This document shows positions 56,892 to 64,000 of a DNA stretch of 64,000 nucleotides, piece by piece. The stretch's first letter is position 1, and every line of letters starts with the position of its first letter. The notes below the pieces were generated by a model. That model had not been told where the DNA came from, ran no database searches, and saw only the letters and a list, made by a program, of their open reading frames with translations. The translations under genes and the position numbers were made by a program. This DNA comes from Octopus vulgaris (lineage: Eukaryota), in assembly GCA_951406725.2 (NCBI GenBank), contig OX597820.1:33480001-33544000 (forward strand), read 5' to 3'.

Positions 56892-58440
56892 TGTTGTGGC
56901 GAGAGTCACGACACCTCCTGCAAGAATAGACTTGACCGAACAACTATAAATAGTAGTGGTCTGAGTGAGAGACGGAGAGAGCGGGCGTTAATCGAAGGAA
57001 GTTGGAAGGTATTTTGGTCGTTTGTCGGAATATCGTTTGTAGGTTTGTGTATAGTTCGTGGAGAGTTTGTTGGATTGTTACGTTGTTGTTACCCTGCTTC
57101 GTTACATATTCTATTGTTCCTATCAGGTCATCCCATAAGTTCTGTCCGATTTTACCTTTTTTAAAATTGAATGAAATTTAATAGTATTTTAGAATGTCTA
57201 CTTGAATTAAAAATTATTTTTATGCATTTGTGTATATTTAAACCAATTAAATTTTATTTTACAGAATAATAGAATTAAAATTACTTTGATTAAAACCCTT
57301 TCTAACATGGAAGTATCCAAAGAGTATTTGAGGCACATAATGCTTTATGAGTACATAAAAGGAAACTCTGCAGCCGGGGCGACTCGAAACATACACTCAG
57401 ATTATGGGAAAGAATGCTTGAATGAAAGAGCTTGCAGAAGATGGTTTGCAAAATTCAGAACTGGAGATTTCAGCCTTGAAGATGAAGATCGAACAGAACG
57501 TCCAATTGAGTTTGATGATAAGCTCCTTGAGGCATTACTTGAAGAAAATCCTGCATTATCAGTTAAAGAATTGGCAATAAAGCTTAGTTCAAACCATACG
57601 ACTGTTCATCGTCATCTTCAACAACTTTGAAAGGTTCCTAAACTTGGAAAATAGGTGCCTCATGAATTGTCCGAAAGCAACCACAAATCCCGAGTTGACA
57701 TCTGCTCTTCTTTCTATTCTCGCGAATTCATTTCACCCTTTTTGGATATACTTGTGACTGGTGACGAAAAATGGATCTTCTATCGAAATGTTAAACGTCG
57801 TAAACAGTGGCTTGGTAAAAGGGAAAAACTCAACCACAACCGTAAAGGGAACTTCATGGGAAAAAGGTGCTTCTCTCTATCTGGTGGGATTGCAAAGGAG
57901 TAATTCACTTTGAATTGTTATCACCTAATGCAACAATCAATGCTCAAGTCTACTGTCGGTAATTAGAGCGTTTGAACCTAGCTTTGAAGAAAACAAAAGA
58001 CACGCTTTAGTGAATTGAAAAGGGGTGATGTTTCATCAGAACAATGCGCGAACCCACCCTTTAAAGATCACATCACAGCAGATCGAAGAGCTTGGCTGGG
58101 TAAAAATTCCTCATCCGCCTTATTCTCCCGATCTTGTTCCTTCAGACTACCATTTGTTTCGTAGTTTACATAACTTTCGCAAGCCAGGAGGAGGTACAGC
58201 ATTTCAGAATCCTTTGCTTTGAAACCAAAAGAGTTTTACATTGATGGGATTAAAAAGCTTGTAAATAGATGGAAGGAAGTCATAGATAATCAGGGAAAGT
58301 ACATTGATGATTAAATTTAAATTAAATACAACATTTGATCGCTTGTTTTCTTTATTCAAAATTCGGACAGAACTTATGCGATGACCTGATACATGGTTAT
58401 AGCGTAAACAAGTATCATCATAAATAGTGGCGATACAACA
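56892..58440 (+). mobile_element. Gypsy 3' LTR (~280 bp) interrupted by a mariner
   Basis: Begins TGTTGT right after the PPT and ends ACAACA; TATAAATA at ~56945. Confidence 0.75.
57123..58389 (+). mobile_element. mariner transposon, full length, pseudogenised
   Basis: TIRs tcaggtcatcccataagttctgtccga / tcggacagaacttatgcgatgacctga, TA TSD; VPHEL, TGDEKW, YSPDLVPSDY. Confidence 0.95.
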
Positions 58441-59152
58441 ATTTGCGACGTGTAACTACGATATAATAGACATATAAGTCGACGAGCTGGCAGAATTGTT
58501 AGCACGCCGGAATAAATGCTTAGCGGTCTTTACGTTCTGAGTTCAAATTCTGTCGTGGTTGTCTTTGTCTTTTATACTTTCGGGATCGATAAAATACGCA
58601 CCAATTGAACACTGGGGTCGATGTTATCCACTTCACCCCTTGCCCCGAAATTGCAGGCCTTGTGCCAAAAATCTGAAATCAATATTATATTGGTATTTGC
58701 TGAACAATTGTGCATACATGTGTGTGTGTGTGTACTGGCATTGTGATTTTAAATTGCATCCAGGAATGGGGTTTTATTGTTTCCAAGTCTGTCTGCCCCT
58801 GCAAGGGTCCCAGCTATGGTTAATAAGCATACTAGGGCTTATATACCGACGCATGTGACAATTCGATCCGGCGAACTCCGCGGGTTGAACGCAATGTGAA
58901 GCGCAGAAGGTAAGATGAGGCAAGTAAGACATCATTGTAATCTATTGCATCCGTAACTATCCCCTGTAGTCTTCGGGTCGGTTTCTAACCTAGATCCAAG
59001 GCTAGAATTCAAACAACGTCAACAGGATATTTTAGCATGTATGTATGTATGTATGTATGTATGTATGTATGTATGTATGTATGTATTTGTGTATGTACGT
59101 ACTTATAACATGTAGACATCTACCGGGTAACTGATTTCCAGCACAATGTATG

Positions 59153-61700
<2,548 letters not shown>

Positions 61701-61713
61701 GAAAGAGAATGAG

Positions 61714-61802
<89 letters not shown>

Positions 61803-61803
<1 letters not shown>

Positions 61804-64000
61804 GGAAGCATCCCCGGTCAAATCATTATCATCTCATTGACTATGTCATTGTACGTCGTTCTGATAGACAAGATGTAAGTCTTACACGCTCTTACAGTAT
61901 AGGGAAATGTTGGTCAGATCACATATTGATCTGCTCCACAATCAAGATGAAAATCAAACGCCCTGTTAGATATCAACGTAGTTCTCCCATCAAGAGAATT
62001 GATGTGGACAAATTGAAGGTTAAGGAGACCATGCAGTCGTTTCAAACGGCTACTGATGAAAAGCTGTCCTCCATTATATGTGGGAATGACATTGAGGCAT
62101 CTTGGTCAGAGCTTAAAACTGCAGTGTATGACTCTGCCAAAGAGTCATTAGTATATGTTCGAAGGAAGAACCAAGATTGGTTTGATGAAAATGATCCAAC
62201 CATCCTCCCTTTGCTCAGTAACATGCATCAAACCCATCAAGTGTGGATTACTGACAAAAATTCTTCAGTGAAACACAAGGCTTTTTGAATGACCAAAAAG
62301 TTGGCACAATCTCGGCTCCGGGAAATGAAACAAAACTGGTGACAGTTGAAAGCCCAGGCCTTACAAGATGCAGCGAATAAGTGCGATTTTAAATCTTTCA
62401 ACCAAAATCTCAAAGGTATGTTTGGTCCCATCTCAAAGGGGGCATCTCCAATATTTTCGTCAGATGGCACTCTCCTTACCGATAAGAAAGAAATTACTAA
62501 GCGCTGGGCTGAACATTTTTCAAATGTTTTAAACAGAGAATCGACAGTGGATCAGGAAGTGATTGATAATCTTCCGCAGAAGTCAACCATCGAGAATCTT
62601 GCTGACAGTCCATCCATATCGGAGGTCGAAAAGGCTATAAAGCAACTGTCAAATGGTAAGGCTCCAGGTGATGATGGGATACCTGCAGACATATATATAC
62701 AAATGTGGAAGCCAACTGCTGTGTCAGGAAACCAAGTGCTCTGTTTTCATCAATATGGGAACTTGGTACCGTGCCACAACAGTTCAAAGATGCTTCAATT
62801 ATTCACCTATTTAAGCACAAAGGAAATAAATGTGAGTGTGATAACCATAGAGGAATTTCTCTCTTATCCGTTGCTGGTAAGATTCTAGCGCGTGTAATCT
62901 TAAACAGACTCAATGATTCAATTTGTAAAACTGTGCTCCCAGAAACCCAATGTGGTTTCCGGGCTGGAAGAGGCACTGTGGATATGATCTCCAGCTTACG
63001 GCAACTACAAGAGAAAGCAAGGGAACAGAATAAGGACTTGTTTGTTACCTTTGATGATCTTACTAAGGCATTTGATACCGTCTCCAGAGATGCCATGTGG
63101 ACTGTTTTGAGGAAGCTTGGTGTTCCAGACAAAATGTTGAATGTGATTGTCTCCTTTCATCATGGAATGATGGCTTCAGTACGGTCTGACAGCGAACAAA
63201 GTGATCCATTCGAAATGTCAACTGGAACCAAGCAAGGGTGTGTCCTTGCTCCGATCCTATTTGCTCTTTTCTTTTCAGTGATGCTTGAAACAGCCTTCAA
63301 AGACACCTCGGAAGATGTAGGTGTTGCGTATCGATCAAGCGGAGGGTTATTTAACCCGGACTTTTATGCAGACTGTTTTTGATCTCTTTTTTTGCTGATG
63401 ACTGTGCTCTTGTCACCTATAATCTTGAGGACATGCAGAACATCCTCAATAGCTTCTCTGATGCATGTAAGGCATTTGGTCTTACAATTAGCATAACGAA
63501 AACTGAACTTATTCACCAGCTGAAACCAGACTCTTCGCCCTCTTCACAACCAGTAGTAAATGTTGATGGTAAAGCTTTGAAAACAGTATCTTCTTTTACA
63601 TACCTCGGCTCTATTGTGTCTGATGATGCAAAATTTGAAAAAGATATCCAAAACAGAATCAATGAAGCAAGTGAAGCATTTGATAGGCTGCAACACAGAC
63701 TCTGGAACAGCCACGATGTGTCTCTGAAAGTAAAAGTAGCAGTCTACAAATCTGTTGTTCTATCTACTCTTCTGTATGGTGCTGAAATGTGGACCTTGTA
63801 TCGCAAGCATATCAATCAGCTTGATTCCTTCCATATGAGATGTCTGCGTTCTATTTACAATGTTAAATGGCAAGATCACGTTCGAAATAGTGAGTTACTG
63901 GAGAGGTGTGAGATCACTGGTATTGAAACATTTTTGATTAAGATACAAATGCGGTGGTCTGGTCATCTCGTAAGAATGGATGACTCAAGAGTTCCAAAGC
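61803..64000 (+). pseudogene. RTE-clade LINE, 5'-truncated, frameshifted, runs off the window
   Basis: HLIDYVIVR..SDH, DWFDEND, RWAEHFS, GKAPG.DG, QCGFR, DLTKAFD, GTKQG, FADD, YLGS. Confidence 0.93.

Overview
Repeat-saturated, AT-rich animal genomic DNA. The very high (TA)n/(ATAC)n/(TAA)n/(TG)n density and the tRNA-derived SINE families suggest a cephalopod (octopus-like) genome, which is an inference. No host protein-coding gene is supportable; most small ORFs in the track are microsatellite translations. Conventional content: three mariner copies, pogo/Tigger and piggyBac relics, five RTE-clade LINEs (one near full length, with a candidate HDV-like ribozyme at its 5' end), R4/Dong-clade LINEs (two in a TAA array), a Ty3/Gypsy remnant whose 3' LTR holds a mariner, Helitron/HINE-type elements and several SINE families. 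The striking feature is a Penelope-like element (PLE)/hammerhead-ribozyme (HHR) system that repeatedly colonises (TA)n tracts. Five head-to-head fold-back (palindromic) insertions, with arms of about 0.1-2.8 kb, share one layout: (TA)n-arm-spacer-inverted arm-(TA)n, with a short tail on one arm only. Three of them carry protein sequence from different PLE families. There are also two non-coding, terminally redundant HHR units that look like retrozymes/circular-RNA templates, and more than a dozen type I HHR motifs, many with palindromic stem III and non-canonical cores. A local ~1 kb duplication supplies empty versus filled target sites. All calls are by eye from motifs; coordinates are approximate to a few bases.
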